From Camelus ferus (Eukaryota), in the NCBI RefSeq assembly GCF_009834535.1, contig NC_045697.1, positions 115,012,001-115,076,000 of the forward strand: a stretch of 64,000 nucleotides of DNA, given 5' to 3'. Under the pieces are notes generated by a model. That model was not told the DNA's origin, did no database searches, and was given only the letters and a program-made list of their open reading frames with translations. The position numbers and the translations under genes were made by a program. Positions 12,470-25,335 of the stretch are shown here, piece by piece. Position 1 is the first letter of the stretch. Every line of letters begins with the position of its first letter.

Positions 12470-13118
12470 CTGTATTGATCAGGATACGGTTTTGGCTGTT
12501 ACAACCAGGGCCAAAATAACAATGGCTTGAACAAAATAAAAGTCTATTTCCTCATCATGTAAAAGTCATACCAGCCAGTGGGAAGAGAAGGGGAGGAGGG
12601 CACTGTTCTCTGCTTCCAGGGCACAGGCTGGAAGTTGTGCACGTCATGTCTGCTTCTCCATCAGTGGTCCTGTCAAAGGGCACATCTAACTTACAGGAGC
12701 CTGGGAAGTGTCTGTTCAGCTGAATGGACCTGCAGCTAAATCCTCTATTACTCTGCAGATCAGCAAACATTATCTGTATAAGTACCGAGAATAAATCTTT
12801 GAAATTTGGGGGACCATTTGATCTCTGTCACAACTGCTCAACTGTGCACAACCACTCAACCGTGCTGTTGTAGCACAAAAGCTGTCATAAATAGCACGCA
12901 ATGGGGTCACTGTGCTTCAGTGTGAGTTCATTTATGAGCAATGGAATTTTACCTTCGTTGGAGTTTCACATTATAAAATATTATTTATCTTTTCATGTGT
13001 TTTTCAACCACTCAAAATGCAAGAGCCAAACTGGGTTTGGCTGCCTGACAGTAGTTTGCAAACTCCACTCAGCAGGAAAAAAAGGAGTATGGGGGACCGG
13101 TTGTTAGTTTCTGCCATA
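12470..13118 (-). mobile_element. MaLR solo LTR (MLT1J/K-like), split by a MER58 insertion
   Basis: tgtattgatcaggata...aataacaatggcttgaacaa...ggaagttgtgcacgtcat...gagcctgggaagtgt; the terminus resumes after 13067 (...gtttctgccata). Confidence 0.65.
12756..13067. mobile_element. hAT-Charlie MITE, MER58B-like
   Basis: cagcaaac...tctctgtcacaactgctcaact...gttgtagcacaaaagc...gtagtttgc. Confidence 0.7.
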
Positions 13119-13279
13119 GATACCTGGTAAAATAAATTTCAAAAAATACAAGAATGGCACTGCATTACTAAATGTATTAATGTTTTTCATGATGTGAGTC
13201 CTTAAGATCATTAAGCATTTTGTATGATCTCAATAAATAACAAAAAGATTGTTTTGACAGGTTTGAAATCTGTTTATAA

Positions 13280-13430
13280 ATAGTGAAACAGACAAAATCC
13301 TTAGACATGGATTCAATTCTGCCTCGACATCTTACTGTATGTGAAGATTAAACACATCTTTCAGCCACACTGATGCCAACTTTGTAAAGTGATAACACTA
13401 ATTTTGCCTATTTGATATCATGAGGTTAAT
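13280..13430 (+). mobile_element. MIR fragment
   Basis: agacatggattcaattctgcctcgacatcttactgtatgtga resembles the MIR core. Confidence 0.45.
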
Positions 13431-14930
13431 TACCAAATGCCCTGAACTTGGTCAATTCTCATTGTTCCTATCTCTCCATAATTCCACATTGTTTCATTCT
13501 TTTTATGGAAAATAACTTTATAAAGCAATTTCTCACTGCATGATCCATGAGAGTCTTTTTTATTTCTTTAGCAATTCCTTTTACAATCCTTTCATCTGTT
13601 TCTTCTTTCTTTATTCATTTTGTGTCACTTTTTCCCTGGGTACCATTTTTAGTCCTTTTTTCTCCCTATATAATTTTGCCCATTAAAAATTCATCTTATT
13701 TTATGACTTCAGTCATCACTGAAGACTGAAAGATCTATAATATCAACATATTTAAATGCCTACCAGAAATCTTCTGCACGTCCCTAGGCAATTCAAACTC
13801 CTCATGACTCCCATTTCACAAAATGTGGTTTTTCTAATAATCTTTTCAGTTATTTATACCATCATTCACCTAGTTGTCTAAGTGACATTATTTATCCATC
13901 CAATGTTCATAACATGTGTTTTGACCTGGCATTTAGTTCTCTAGACATTATGCTGTAATGTCGAGCAAAAAAGAATAGTTCCCACTTTTCATGAGCTTAA
14001 ATGCTAGATGGGAGAGAAGCAGAAAAAAAAAATCAAGTGAAAAAATACACGTGGATAATTATTTCATTTTGAACTAAGTATTATAAAGATAATAAGACAG
14101 ACTACCCCTTTGGAAAGTAACTATGATAGGGAACCAGTAAACAGGATGGTCTGGGAAAGCCACCCCTAGGAGGAAGCACTGGAGTTGGGTTCTGAATCAA
14201 TCTGAATAAGACAGCCTTCACAAGAAGCTAGAAATCTGAATGGCATCCTTCACTGCTGTCTCATGATACATCACGTATCCAGTGCGTTATCCCAAATGGG
14301 CCGTTACATGTCCTCAGTAGCATCCCAAATCATCAGCTTCTCTCTGTCTCCTCTGCTACCGTTTTGATTCTTGCAATCCTATTTTCCAGTGGAGTCTTGT
14401 CTCCTCCCATTAGCTCTCCACATTTCACCAGAGAGATCTCTCTACAACGCAGATCTTCTCAGCTGACTTCCCTAATAACATCTGTCATTGGGTTTTCATT
14501 TAGGGGGAGTCACCACTTGTCCCCAGACTTAAAATGTTCAAGATCCCAAAATATGACCAGATTACAGCTTGAATCTTATGTTTCTCATTCCCATAACATT
14601 ATCCATGCCCAAACTCTCCTAAAACACTCCAGTCCCCTTAATATTTACTGTTGAATTTCGACTGAGCTTTTTGAATGGTCTTCCTAATGTTTGGATTCCT
14701 TGCCCTGGCTAGTTAACTCCTGTTCACATCACTTCCATGCCAACTTAAATGTGATAATTTATACATTGTAAAGAAAATATCCTTTGAATTTTTTTACACT
14801 TTTGCTAGCTTGTAAGGTTCTGGAGTGCTAGGAATTATTTTTGCTCAACTTCATATACGCAAGACTTTGCACGGAAATTAACAATATTGCAAGTAATGCT
14901 CAATCGTTATTTATTTGATAAATCAAATAA
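13430..14930 (+). mobile_element. L2 3' region, interrupted by an antisense L2
   Basis: taggcaattcaaactc, ccatcattcacctagttgtctaag|ctagaaatctg...atcctt, tgtaaggttctggagtgctagg, gtaatgctcaat. Confidence 0.7.
13885..14225 (-). mobile_element. L2 3' end nested in an oppositely oriented L2
   Basis: atccatcca...catgagcttaaatgctagatgggagaga...ggatggtctgggaaagcc...aggaggaagcac. Confidence 0.6.
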
Positions 14931-15214
14931 GTTTAATAAAAGTTTCAGTCCTTTAAATTAAATAGTTTCACTCAAAATTTTTGTAGTAATAACATAAACT
15001 GATGTCTTTGCTGTTCAACATTGAATCCCTGATACACTGACACATGGTAGTTTCTCAACAAATATGTATTTTTATATTTGTATGTTTTTGTATGTATTTA
15101 TGTTTGTAGGAAAGAATGAGTGCATGGCTGAGATGATCTTCAGTTAAAAATGAAACATGGCCTAAGAGTTATTTAGGGCAGGAAGACACTTGACATAAGC
15201 TTAGTGCTTTCTGG

Positions 15215-15507
15215 AATGTGCTACCCAAATTGTGGTTGGAGGCCAGCCCCACTGAAATCACCTGGGGTTGTTGGAAAGGCAACTTTCAGTCTCATCCCAG
15301 ACTTGGTGAATCAGAATCTCTTCTACGTGGCGTCTAGGAATCCGTGTTTGAACAAGCTAGTCAGATGATGGAGGGCATATTACATCACAGTTTACTGGAA
15401 CCCACACACCAAAATGCTGATTTTGCAGGTACAAGGTCAGATCTGATAATCTGCATTTTTAAGAAGCGCTCAGGAGGTGTTAGTGCCAGTTTGGGGACCA
15501 CACTGTA
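15215..15507. mobile_element. MER5-type hAT MITE pieces
   Basis: aaatcacctgggg...cccagac..gaatcagaatctc...aggaatccgtgttt and aatctgcatttttaag...ggggaccacact. Confidence 0.65.
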
Positions 15508-15512
15508 CGAAG

Positions 15513-15722
15513 CAAGAGCTGGCCAACTACAGGCAGGCCAAGTCTGGCCAGCTGCCTGTTTTTGCAAATGAAAATTTATTGGAACAAAGCCACCCATTCC
15601 TTAAAATATGATCTACGGTCACTTGGGTTCAAACACAGCAAATCGAGTTGTCGCGACAAGACCACTTGGCCCAGAGAGCCTAAATATTTACTCTTGGACC
15701 CTTTACAGAAAGTTTGTCAAGT
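15513..15722. mobile_element. MER58A-like hAT MITE
   Basis: gccaagtctggccagctgcctgtttttgcaaat...ttattggaaca...gagcctaaatatttactc..ggaccctttacagaaagtttg. Confidence 0.8.
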
Positions 15723-17914
15723 CAAAAAGCATAATTTTTTCCTGTCTTACTTTTTTGTTTTTTCATTTCTAGTTGAATTTAATAAATTGAATTTTTTTTT
15801 ATTAAGAGGAAAAAAGGAAAATCAATGAAAGTAATTGCAATTTAACCTGTGATTTTTATGACATTTACCTACTGGCATAAACACTTTTGAATCCACTGTC
15901 TGTGGGCTCTCAGAAGATTTGTGCTCTATTCAATATTAAAAACCAGCAAAACTTACCCTTTAAATGAATAAACACCACATTGATTCCGAACAACCTATTT
16001 CATAGCACAGCTTTAAAAAGTATGTTTTCTTAGGTTTACTGAAAGAACTACTAAATTAAAATAAATGATATGAATATGACATAAATATAATATTAAAATA
16101 TCATAATGCATCTCAGTTAAATGAGCAACTAAGAGAGTAACAGAACAATTTAAAAGATACATTTTTTTTGTTCTTAACCAGAAAGAAACAAATTCAACAA
16201 ATGTCACAAAAATGTTAAACAAATAAGCTCTTTAATGACTTACATTCTAAGCACTAAAATATAAAATACATTCATTTGCACCGTAGAAGTACATTAAAAT
16301 CATAAAGCTATTAAGGTGCCACTTTTCTACCCAAATAAAAACACATTAATCTCCTGCCTTTCCAAATTATACTATAAAGAAAGTATTTCTTCACTAAAAA
16401 CAGATTGAAGAGTTTTACCCAAGTGTGCTTAAATAAATAAATGTTTCAAGAAACTACAAATAAATATTTAATTTTTTGTGTGTTAAATATTTAACACAGT
16501 TCCTGGAAAGAGCTCTTGCCTGTCTCGGAAATTGGCTTATGTTCCTGATGAAGTCATGTCATTAAAAACATAGCAGCAGTTTCAATATAAAATAATTCAA
16601 CTTTAATCTTCTTTTTAATATTCCAAGCCATACACTGAATGATTAGTCTGGGACATTTTCTGGTTTGAAGCAGTATTTTTTACAAATAGCTTTATGCTTA
16701 TCTATAATGAAGTTGTGTTTACATTCAAATGTAAAACACAATTTACCAAGTATTATTCCAGAGATACCTCAGTGTCATCTCAGCAAGTAACACACAGAGT
16801 TATACATAGATGTATATGTCTATATATGTGTGTGTATATATATTCATAATCATAATTTTTGTAATTATACTGCAGCTCCATTTTAACAAGAAGAAATATT
16901 AGTGATATTTGACTACATGCATTTTTATCTTAATGCAGAATGCTTTTTTTAAAATAATTTTTTAAATAATAATAATTATTATTATTATTATTTGTTTTTA
17001 GGAATAGGTACCACATTCTTTTCAGGTATCAAGACTAGGATGTGGAAAGAAATAGGCCAGGGATGAAGTCTGAAGATAAGTCCCTGCACCTTAATGTTTT
17101 GGGTTTAAGGAAAAGACACTTTAAAACCTTTAAAAACTTAAAAATCCCAGCGCCAAGTGACTATATGTCTGTATCTTTAAAGAAAAAATTCAGAATAACA
17201 AAGATCCAAATTAAATGGGGGTATACCAAATATATTAATAGTGTTTTAATTAAATAAGATATTAAGACCTCTTAATCAATAATGCAGTTATTAAACTTGG
17301 TCATATAAACTCTGTGGAAATAGTCCAATGTTTGAGTATATATTGCCCCTAAAATAGAAATAAATATTTAATTTCATTTTGTGTTAAATATTTAGAAGTT
17401 ACTTGAATAATTTTTATTTTAAAATTTGAGAAAAAAAACCTCTTAGAGGTGTGGTGTCCAACAGGTATTCACATTTGAACTGTTCATGGATGCTAATTTT
17501 TTTGCACTTCAGTGATCTTGTGGTAATTTGTACTCCTACAATACAGGAAGGCATGTATTTTCACACGCCTATAGTTAATATTTACAACTGATGAAAAAAA
17601 AATTCTAAGACTTATGTGACTATCATTCAATTATCTGTGAATATAAAATATATTAACCTGTTCATTTCGCCTTTATGTCTTCAAACCATTTTCATTAAGT
17701 GCTTTGATCCTATTTTTATTTATTCATTTGTACAAGCTCATACGTTATGCATTTTAGTTCTTGTTTTAAATGTCACAAAACGCCCCTAATTGCCAGTTAA
17801 ATGTTAATCTGATTATACTGACACATCATACAGAATTTTGAGTTTCTTTCCTTATGTCTTTCTTTGTCATTTCTAACAATTTACCCTTCAGTCTTTTGCT
17901 GAGGAATGTCTCGA

Positions 17915-18028
17915 GCTAATTAAATCTTCCCTGCTCGCCTTCCTCATTCCCTTACAAGTCTGAATAAATTACTTGCACTTAACTCCTTGCCTTGGGCTCT
18001 GCTTCAGGGGAACCCAATTTATAGCAGC
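17915..18028 (+). mobile_element. ERVL LTR (LTR16-family) 3' fragment
   Basis: aataaattacttgcac...ggctctgcttcaggggaaccca resembles the LTR16 R/U5 end. Confidence 0.5.
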
Positions 18029-18109
18029 AGACTTGGGATCACCTACTATAGGGAAGTAGGTGAGGGAAATTGTGCAGTGCCTAAGACTCAGGTCAAAAAC
18101 CTCCTGTTT

Positions 18110-19055
18110 TGCCTTTTTATTGATTGATTGATTGTTGATTTCCAATGTGATGTCACTTTCTGGTGTACAACATAGTGATTCAGTTATATATCTATATCTG
18201 TATCTATATCTATATATATATCCTTTTTCATTACAGGTCACTACAAGGTATTGAATACAGTTCCCTGTGCTATGCAGTGCGTCCTTATTGTTTATCTATT
18301 TTATATACAGTAGTGTGTATCTGCCAATCCCAAACTCCCAATGTATTCCTCCCCACCTTTTCCCCCAGTAATAAGTTTCTTTTCTATGCCTGTGAGTCTT
18401 TTTCTGTTTTGTAAATAAGTTTGTTTGTGTCTTTTTATTAGATTCCACACATAAGCAATATCATACTTTCATTTTTCATTCTTTCTGACTTACTTCACTT
18501 AGAATGATGATCTATGGGTCCATCCATGTTGCTGCAAATGGCATTATTTTATTCTTTCTTATGGCTGAGTAGTATTCCAATGTATAAATACACCACAGTT
18601 TCTTTATCCAGTCATCTGTCGATGGACCTTTAAGTTGTTTCCATGCCTTGGCTATTGTAAATAGTGCTGCTGTGAACATTGGGGTGCAGGTGTCTTTTTG
18701 AAGTAGGGTTCCTTCTGGATATATGCCCAGGAGCGGGATTCCTGGGTCATATGGTAAGTCTATTCCTAGTCTTTTGAGGAATCTCCATACTGTTCTCCAC
18801 AGTGGCTGCACCAATCTGCATTCCCACCAGCAGTGTAGGAGGGTTCCCTTTTCTCCACACCCTCTCCAACATTTATTATTTGTAAACTTTTTAAGATGGA
18901 CATTCTGGTGGTGTGAGGTGATACCTCATTGCAGTTTTGATTTCCATTTCTCTGATAACTAGTGATGCTAGTCATTCTTTCATGTGTCCATTGGCCATTC
19001 ATATGTCTTCATTGGAGAAGTGTTTGTTTAGGTCTTCTGCCCATTTTTTGATTGG
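18110..19055 (-). mobile_element. Young 5'-truncated L1 (ORF2 C-terminus + 3'UTR)
   Basis: ORF 18512..18814(-) [29 protein letters not shown]...CTPMFTAALFTIAK...MPFAATWMD is the L1 ORF2p C-terminal domain. Confidence 0.97.
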
Positions 19056-19324
19056 CAGGCCCTAGCAGTCTAGAACAAGGTACCCAAATGTGTCTTCTTA
19101 ACTAAGCATAGTTCTTGCCAGAGTGATGGTATCTTTTATTTAGTTATTATTGCTAACGTATCTATACGGTGTTGCAAACGTACCTGACAAGTTAAATATT
19201 TTACTTTGCTATAATTTATTTCACTTTCATTTTAATTTATTTCTGCTTTCCAGAACTTTAGTTAAAGTGAGACAAATTTCCACAGGGACCATAATAATTG
19301 TTGTTAATATTATTATGTATAAAT

Positions 19325-19445
19325 TGTTAACATTTATTGAAGCATATTATATGTCAGACATAGTGCTAAATATTTTCAAAAGTTTTGTAAACTAAGTTTA
19401 TTAGAGCATTGCACCCATTTTACAGATGAGGCCAAATGAGACAGT
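19325..19445 (-). mobile_element. MIR fragment
   Basis: taacatttattgaagc...atgtcagacatagtgctaa...cccattttacagatgagg. Confidence 0.65.
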
Positions 19446-20858
19446 CCTATCTCTTTAGTGTGAGAATGCTGCAAATTGTGCAATTTGAGTTTCCTAAATA
19501 CCCTAGTTCCTGCTCATTTTCTCACTGTGGTCTTCCAGCCTCCGTGGAATGTTTGGTAATATCAATTCTAAAACTTCTCCATGTGATATAGTTAGCCTGA
19601 ATATTTTTATCATCGTTGTTTCTATAAAATAAGACTTTTACTGATAAAGAGTGATTAATTGAGAGGCATTTCTTCCTCCCTATGTGTACTTACAAAATCA
19701 AACTCATGAATATTACCCGTGTGTATACAGACCCCAGAAACTTCATTTGTGTTACAAAGGGTGACTATATGTGCTAGAATTTCCATTTCTGGCTTTCAAA
19801 TGCCTGGCTAGGGCAAGAGTTTATTAGGAACAAATAGATTCCTAAGCCCACCTTGATGAAATGGAAATTAGAAATGCAGCTCTCAGTTTAAGACATTTCT
19901 ATATTAAATGCTTATAAATGGAATAGCTGAATAATTCCTTATGCCGAGTGTTTTTTTCAAGTGTCAAAAAATGGGGAATAGATAGTTGTGGCTTCATAAA
20001 TTTTAAGAGTGAATCAACGAACACATGGTTACATCTGATGAAACTGGAATATATTGTTTGGATAGGCTTTATACCAGTTGGAATGGGGCAAAGGGATATC
20101 CCAAATCTGTATATCTAAATCAGAGACCCATAGTAAATAACAAACGGAAAGAAGCAACCAGTGCATCTTCATGTAAGATTTATGCTCTAATGCCTACAGC
20201 TGAAGGCGTCCCTCATAAGAAGAAAATCACGCTCCTGGGTTGTGATTGTGCCCTGCCCATGCTGTGCTCCAATTTATCTTGTCAGATGTGCATCTGTTGC
20301 TAATGCCATTAGGCTCTTTGGATTCCAAGTGCACACCCTCTGCACCCTCCTAGTGTTCACTGTTCTTTGGCTAAACCAACTCAGTCTTTAAAGGTATGAG
20401 AAATCAAATCGGGATATTAGAACTTTAATGATGCTCCCTGGCTATGCAATGGGATGTGCATTATTCTAGGTTACAGGCAGAGATGTAACAATAATCAGTT
20501 GTTTTTTACTACATGATTCTGACACCACATTGCCTGTAAAACTTAATAGTGGGACTTGTGTCATAGGAATCCTCTTTTACATAATTCCTCCTGTAAGTAT
20601 TGGGGTGTATATAGCCCACCCCTTATCCTAGGTGTTCACCTAGCAAGGTACTGGGTTCTAGTTCGAGGATCTGAGCAATATTTAGTCATAACCCTGCCTG
20701 GTCTCTCTGCTTTTTTTTTTTTTTTTTCCTGCTGTAGACAAAAAGCTCCTTTATCCTTTATTAATCTCTCTTTCATGGTATACCATTTCCAGACTTTTGC
20801 ATCATTTCTTCAGTTTATTGATACATGTCAATAGTGCCACAGTTTAATAAAAGAAGAG

Positions 20859-21418
20859 CACCCTGAACTATAAAGGGGCTAAGATGCTCCCCAGTGGAAG
20901 CTAAGGTAGCACACTAGCACACCAGTTTCATGCATCCTGACATAAAAATTCTGGCTCAGAAATAAAGGAAAGTGTGTTGCTCACAGCAGTCGCAGTGGCC
21001 AGTGTATTGGCACATCTTACGTTGGTTCCTCAAGCTCTAAAAGGCACCAGCACGAAGGGGTCAGGTGACATCCGCTGATGCAGTGGAGCTGTGTTTCAGG
21101 AAAGGAGCTCTGAGCTTAGGGAATCCACAGACTTTATCCTAGATAACAAGCATGTCTACTCTTCTCAACCGGAAGACACTAACTTATCATACTGAGCAGG
21201 AAGAACACCTGTCCTTTCTTCTGGAGGAAAGCATTACTTTTGTCTTCCCAGAATGAAAGCATACATGTCTTTTGCTCTAGATAGAAACCCTACTCCATCT
21301 TCCAAGGCTCTGAAACTACACCAACACCCTTAAAAAAATTATCCAAAACAAAGGTGGTCAGTGTCTTTGCTCAGATGACTTACAGAAATGGGAGACTACC
21401 ATTGAGAATTCCCTGACA
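20859..21418 (-). mobile_element. 3' LTR, LTR40-like (class III ERVL)
   Basis: Minus strand starts tgtcagggaattctc and contains agccttggaagat, ttccctaagctcag, ctggccactgcgactgctgtgag and catgaaact, matching remembered LTR40 consensus. A purine-rich tract lies immediately upstream. Confidence 0.7.
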
Positions 21419-21589
21419 AAAATACCACCACTCATTTCTACATCCTCTTAGCTTCTGGTAGATTTCTCTGTCTGAGTGTGTACGTCATGAGCCATTCTGA
21501 TTGATCTGACAGATAGCCTGGAACCAAATCCACTTAATCTCTATCTCTTTCAGCATTTAGTTAAAGCTACTGTCAACAGGATGAGGCAG

Positions 21590-22040
21590 GCTATCCTGCA
21601 GTATTAACCTCAACCAAGTTCCCCAGAGCTACAAAACCAATCAGCTGAACACATCTCATAAACTCTCAGGGACTATCTTGCAAAACCAGGTAGCTTTCTC
21701 CTTAAGTTTCCATATTGACCTTTCTCCCAGAGCCAAGGCATTAATCTGGGTTTAATAATACGTAGTAATAATTGTACAGATTCTGCCTTGACCCTCAAGG
21801 AGCACACTCAGGGCAACCTAAATGCCTACAACAACCCTGGCCAATAAGCTGAGGCTGATCTAAATGCCTTCTCAGGCCAAGTTGGTGTTGCTGATCATGT
21901 TAGCCAAAGACAGGGTTCAATTTCACAGCATCTTTTCTAATTGTATGCTTACCATTGTGGAGATAACTACCTGCTTAAATAATGAATCTGTTATTTCTCC
22001 AAGAAGCTTGTCCAATTAACCAAGCCTCCTTTTGGAGAGT
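21590..22040 (-). pseudogene. env: Retroviral env transmembrane-subunit remnant (gamma-type)
   Basis: Single frame with stops: SKRR...QLEKML*N*TLSLANMISNTNLA*EGI*ISLSLLARVVVGI*VALSVLLEGQGRICTIITTYY*TQIN...KLKEKATW...DVFS*L..LWGTWLRLILQ. This reads as a basic cleavage site, heptad repeat, degenerate ISD and CX6CC, and a Trp-rich membrane-proximal region. Confidence 0.75.
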
Positions 22041-22249
22041 TAACCACAAGACTTATCAGTGTGAGGTGATTTACTCATTGCGTGTTTTTTGAATCCTTGA
22101 TGGTGTCTTATGACCACCACTAGGGTGCACATCTCAGTATTTTCAGGAGTGAGTTAAATTAATACTTGGCTTTGAAACAAAACAGTATAACCCTGAGGGT
22201 ATACAAGTTGCCCTGGAAATAAAGTTTGTTTAAAATTATTGCCCCTCTT

Positions 22250-22830
22250 CAGCAATGTTTACAGCAGTCTTATTTACTACAGCTAAGACATGGAAACAAC
22301 CTAAAAGTCCATTGACAGATGACTGGATAAAGAAGTTGTGGTTTATTTATACAACGGAATACTACTCAGCCATAAAAAAGAGTGAAATAATATTATTTGC
22401 AGCAACAGAGATGGACCTGAAAATTGTCTTTTTAAGTGAAGTAAGCCAGAAAGAGAAAGAAAAACAGCATATGATATCACTCATATGTGGAATCTAAAAA
22501 GAAAAAAAAGACACAAATGAATGTATTTACAAAACAGAAAGAGACTCACAGACATAGAAAATAAACTTATGATTACCAGGGGGTAAGGGGGTGGGAAGGG
22601 ATAAACTGGAAGTTTGAGATTTGCAGATACTAACTACTATATATAAAATAAACAACAAGTTTGTACTGTATAGCATGGGGAACTATATTCAATATCTTGT
22701 AGTGACCTATAATGAAAAAGAATATGACATTGAAAATATGTATGTGTGTATCTGACTGAAACATTATGCTATACACCAGAAATTTATACAACACTGTAAA
22801 CTGACTATACTTCAATTAAATAAAAAATTA
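22250..22830 (+). mobile_element. Young 5'-truncated L1 inserted in the ERV env region
   Basis: ORF 22255..22497 MFTAVLFTTAKTWKQPK...ISLICGI plus 3'UTR and A-tail. Degenerate TSD aaattattgcccctcttc / aaattatctccctctttc. Confidence 0.95.
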
Positions 22831-24889
22831 AATTATCTCCCTCTTTCAAGTGGGACCTATGTCAGTGAGGGGGCATTGGTTGTCAATGATTCCATCTGGC
22901 CTCTTGGACAGTCAGTAAGACTTGCATTTCCCAATTCTCTTTAGAAAAATAATGTCTAGTGCTTGATTTTGGTGTGACAACATGCACAACTGGTCCAATC
23001 TGTTCTGTTTGTCCATGAAAACAGCTGAGTGGCACTCATTTACCCCCCCCCCCACACACACACACAGTGATTGAGTGGTGACAGCTGTGGGAATGAGTGT
23101 GGGAAAAATATCTGAAGGTATTAACAGGTGTTCTGTGTAGTTGGTGCTGGAAGAGTGGTCATTCTCTGCTGTTTCCTATAGCTTACTGTTTCTCAGGAAG
23201 CTTATGAAGAATGGAGTTTTGGTCAGTATTCTCCGACAAGCAATGGAAAATCCAGCAGTCAGTTGAATTTAAGCTGCTTGGAACTGCTTGGGAGACCCAC
23301 ACCGGGTGGTTTCCTTCATGAGCAAGTTTTCAGGAGTGATTCTGAAAGACACTGATCGTTAATGACCCTCTTTTCTGTATGTTTTCCAGGGCCAGGGTGT
23401 TCCTTCTGTATGTGAGAGGGCTTTGCTCTTTTAAACTACCAATAATTAGTGTGTCTCCTTCTAATGGCTCTAACTTCCAGCTCTCATCCAGCTCTTTGGT
23501 TTGAAAGAGTCAGATGCCAGAAACCTAAGGCCATTCTTATCAAACTAATAGAGATTGATCATGTCCCACACTTTGGCCAACATAGGCAATTGCGGTGCTT
23601 TTGGTGATCAGTGTACTCCATCAAATGGTCATTTCCATTATGATTATCAGAATTAAATTTGAATCCTCTAGGTCTCCCTTGGGCCAAGGTATCACTCAGA
23701 GTTATTGTTAAGGAAAGAAAGAAGCATTAGGCTGTGATGGAATCCCCAAATTTCAAAGTATCTCTTTATAACCCTCAAATCCTTTTATTCTGATCATAAT
23801 CTAGGAATTGGCTCAGCAGAAACCATCCTTTTCTGGAAAAAGCCACACTCATTGACCACCGTGCCTTATTAAGTTGTGTACTAGGAGGATGTGAAGGAGG
23901 CAGGCTTAGAAATATTTTAGGGTCAATTTATAAAGATGATGTTTTAATGTTTAATAAACCCAATGGATGCTTTGGATGGTTCACCTTTATCAGCCCATTT
24001 CAGAGTGACTTTCGTGACGAAAAGCCACCATTGTCAGACTGCCAATAGTATACGAGTCTGAAAAGCACAAACATATCAGTTTCACCCAGTGACAACTGTA
24101 AAATCATCTGATTGGATTGGAGCATCCATGTTTAACCTGAAATAATGTCAACAATTGAGGCCCCCATAATAGCTCCAAAGAAGGAATAAAAGACAGAACT
24201 AGGCAACTGCAAGGAACAAGTGAAGTCCACACCTCTTGCAATGTGGCCACTGGCACCATGAGAAAAATGGGTCAACTTTTGGCTAGAGCCACAGTCTAGC
24301 ATGCAAGGTCACCTCCATGTCGGAAACCTGGAGAGGTTCACTTTGCTTCTAGTACATGACGATGGATTTCTCGTCACGCTGTATCTGATGATGGATCCAG
24401 TCACCATAATGCCTGGAGAGTGAGTCGGGGACATTCTAGGAAGAGGAGTCTCGATTCCATTCCATCTCATCAGAGGCTGGTCTTTACATGAATGTCTACA
24501 TGTGTATCCCAATGCGGGTTATCTTTTATCTGCCGGTAGTTTCCCAAGGGGCAGACCAAGTAGGTAGACCACTAGGAAAAGCCCAAGAGACACTAAAAAA
24601 AATACAACAGATTTCATTAAAAGGGCTGTTGGCGAGTACTGTAAGAATGGTCCCCAGTTTGTCCACTGAGCAGAGTGACTACACCTATTTTTGTTTCTGC
24701 ACAGCTAGTGCTGAGTTTGAAGAGGCATGGCAGCCCTGTGGACACCACTGATAATCTGCTTATTCCCCTTAACTTAAAATAAATGCCAGGGGAGGTTTCC
24801 AAGATGGCAAGACTCACCACTCTAAGGAAGAACTGTCCCAGATCACTTTGCACCACTGTCTCATGCTCTAGTGTCTTTGTGATGTCGAT

Positions 24890-25335
24890 GGAAGTGATGA
24901 ATGGATAAACAAATTAGTATGCCCATAGCGGTGCAATGCTGCTTCAGAATTAAAAGTAATAAATATTTGATACATGCTACAGACTGAATAAATCTCAAAA
25001 TACTTATGCTGAGTGAAAGATGGCAGACCTAAAAGACTATATACTGCATGATTATAAATAAAAGTAATTAACTTACCTAAAGTATTTAAATAAAATAAAC
25101 TGTCAACTAACCTAGAGTGACAGAAAGCTCTTCAGTGGTCTCCTGGCAACTGGCAGGAAGGAAGCTGGGAGAGCTTATAAACAGGCTTGAGGAAACTTTT
25201 AGGATTGGTGATGTTTTAATTATCTTAATTGTGGTGATTATTTCAGGCATATTCAGATGCCACAACTTACCAATTATACATTTTAAATGTGTTCAATTTA
25301 TTATATGTCGATTATACTGCAATAAAGCATTTTAA
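24890..25335 (+). mobile_element. Old L1 (L1MC/ME-type) 3' end
   Basis: gaatggataaacaaatt...aatctcaaaa...tatgctgagtgaaaga...tatgtcgattatactgcaataaagc. Confidence 0.8.

Larger units (their letters stand above)
21419..24880 (-). mobile_element. Decayed ERV internal region (HERVL40-like): RNase H, integrase, env; 5' part missing
   Basis: Manual minus-strand translation with stops and frameshifts: SAQWT.L...IFFSVSWAFPSGLPTWSAPW (RNase H, ~24540-24680), QKLTHFSHGASGHIARG and WQSDNG (integrase, ~24027-24300), env TM at ~21590-22040. Confidence 0.75.
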
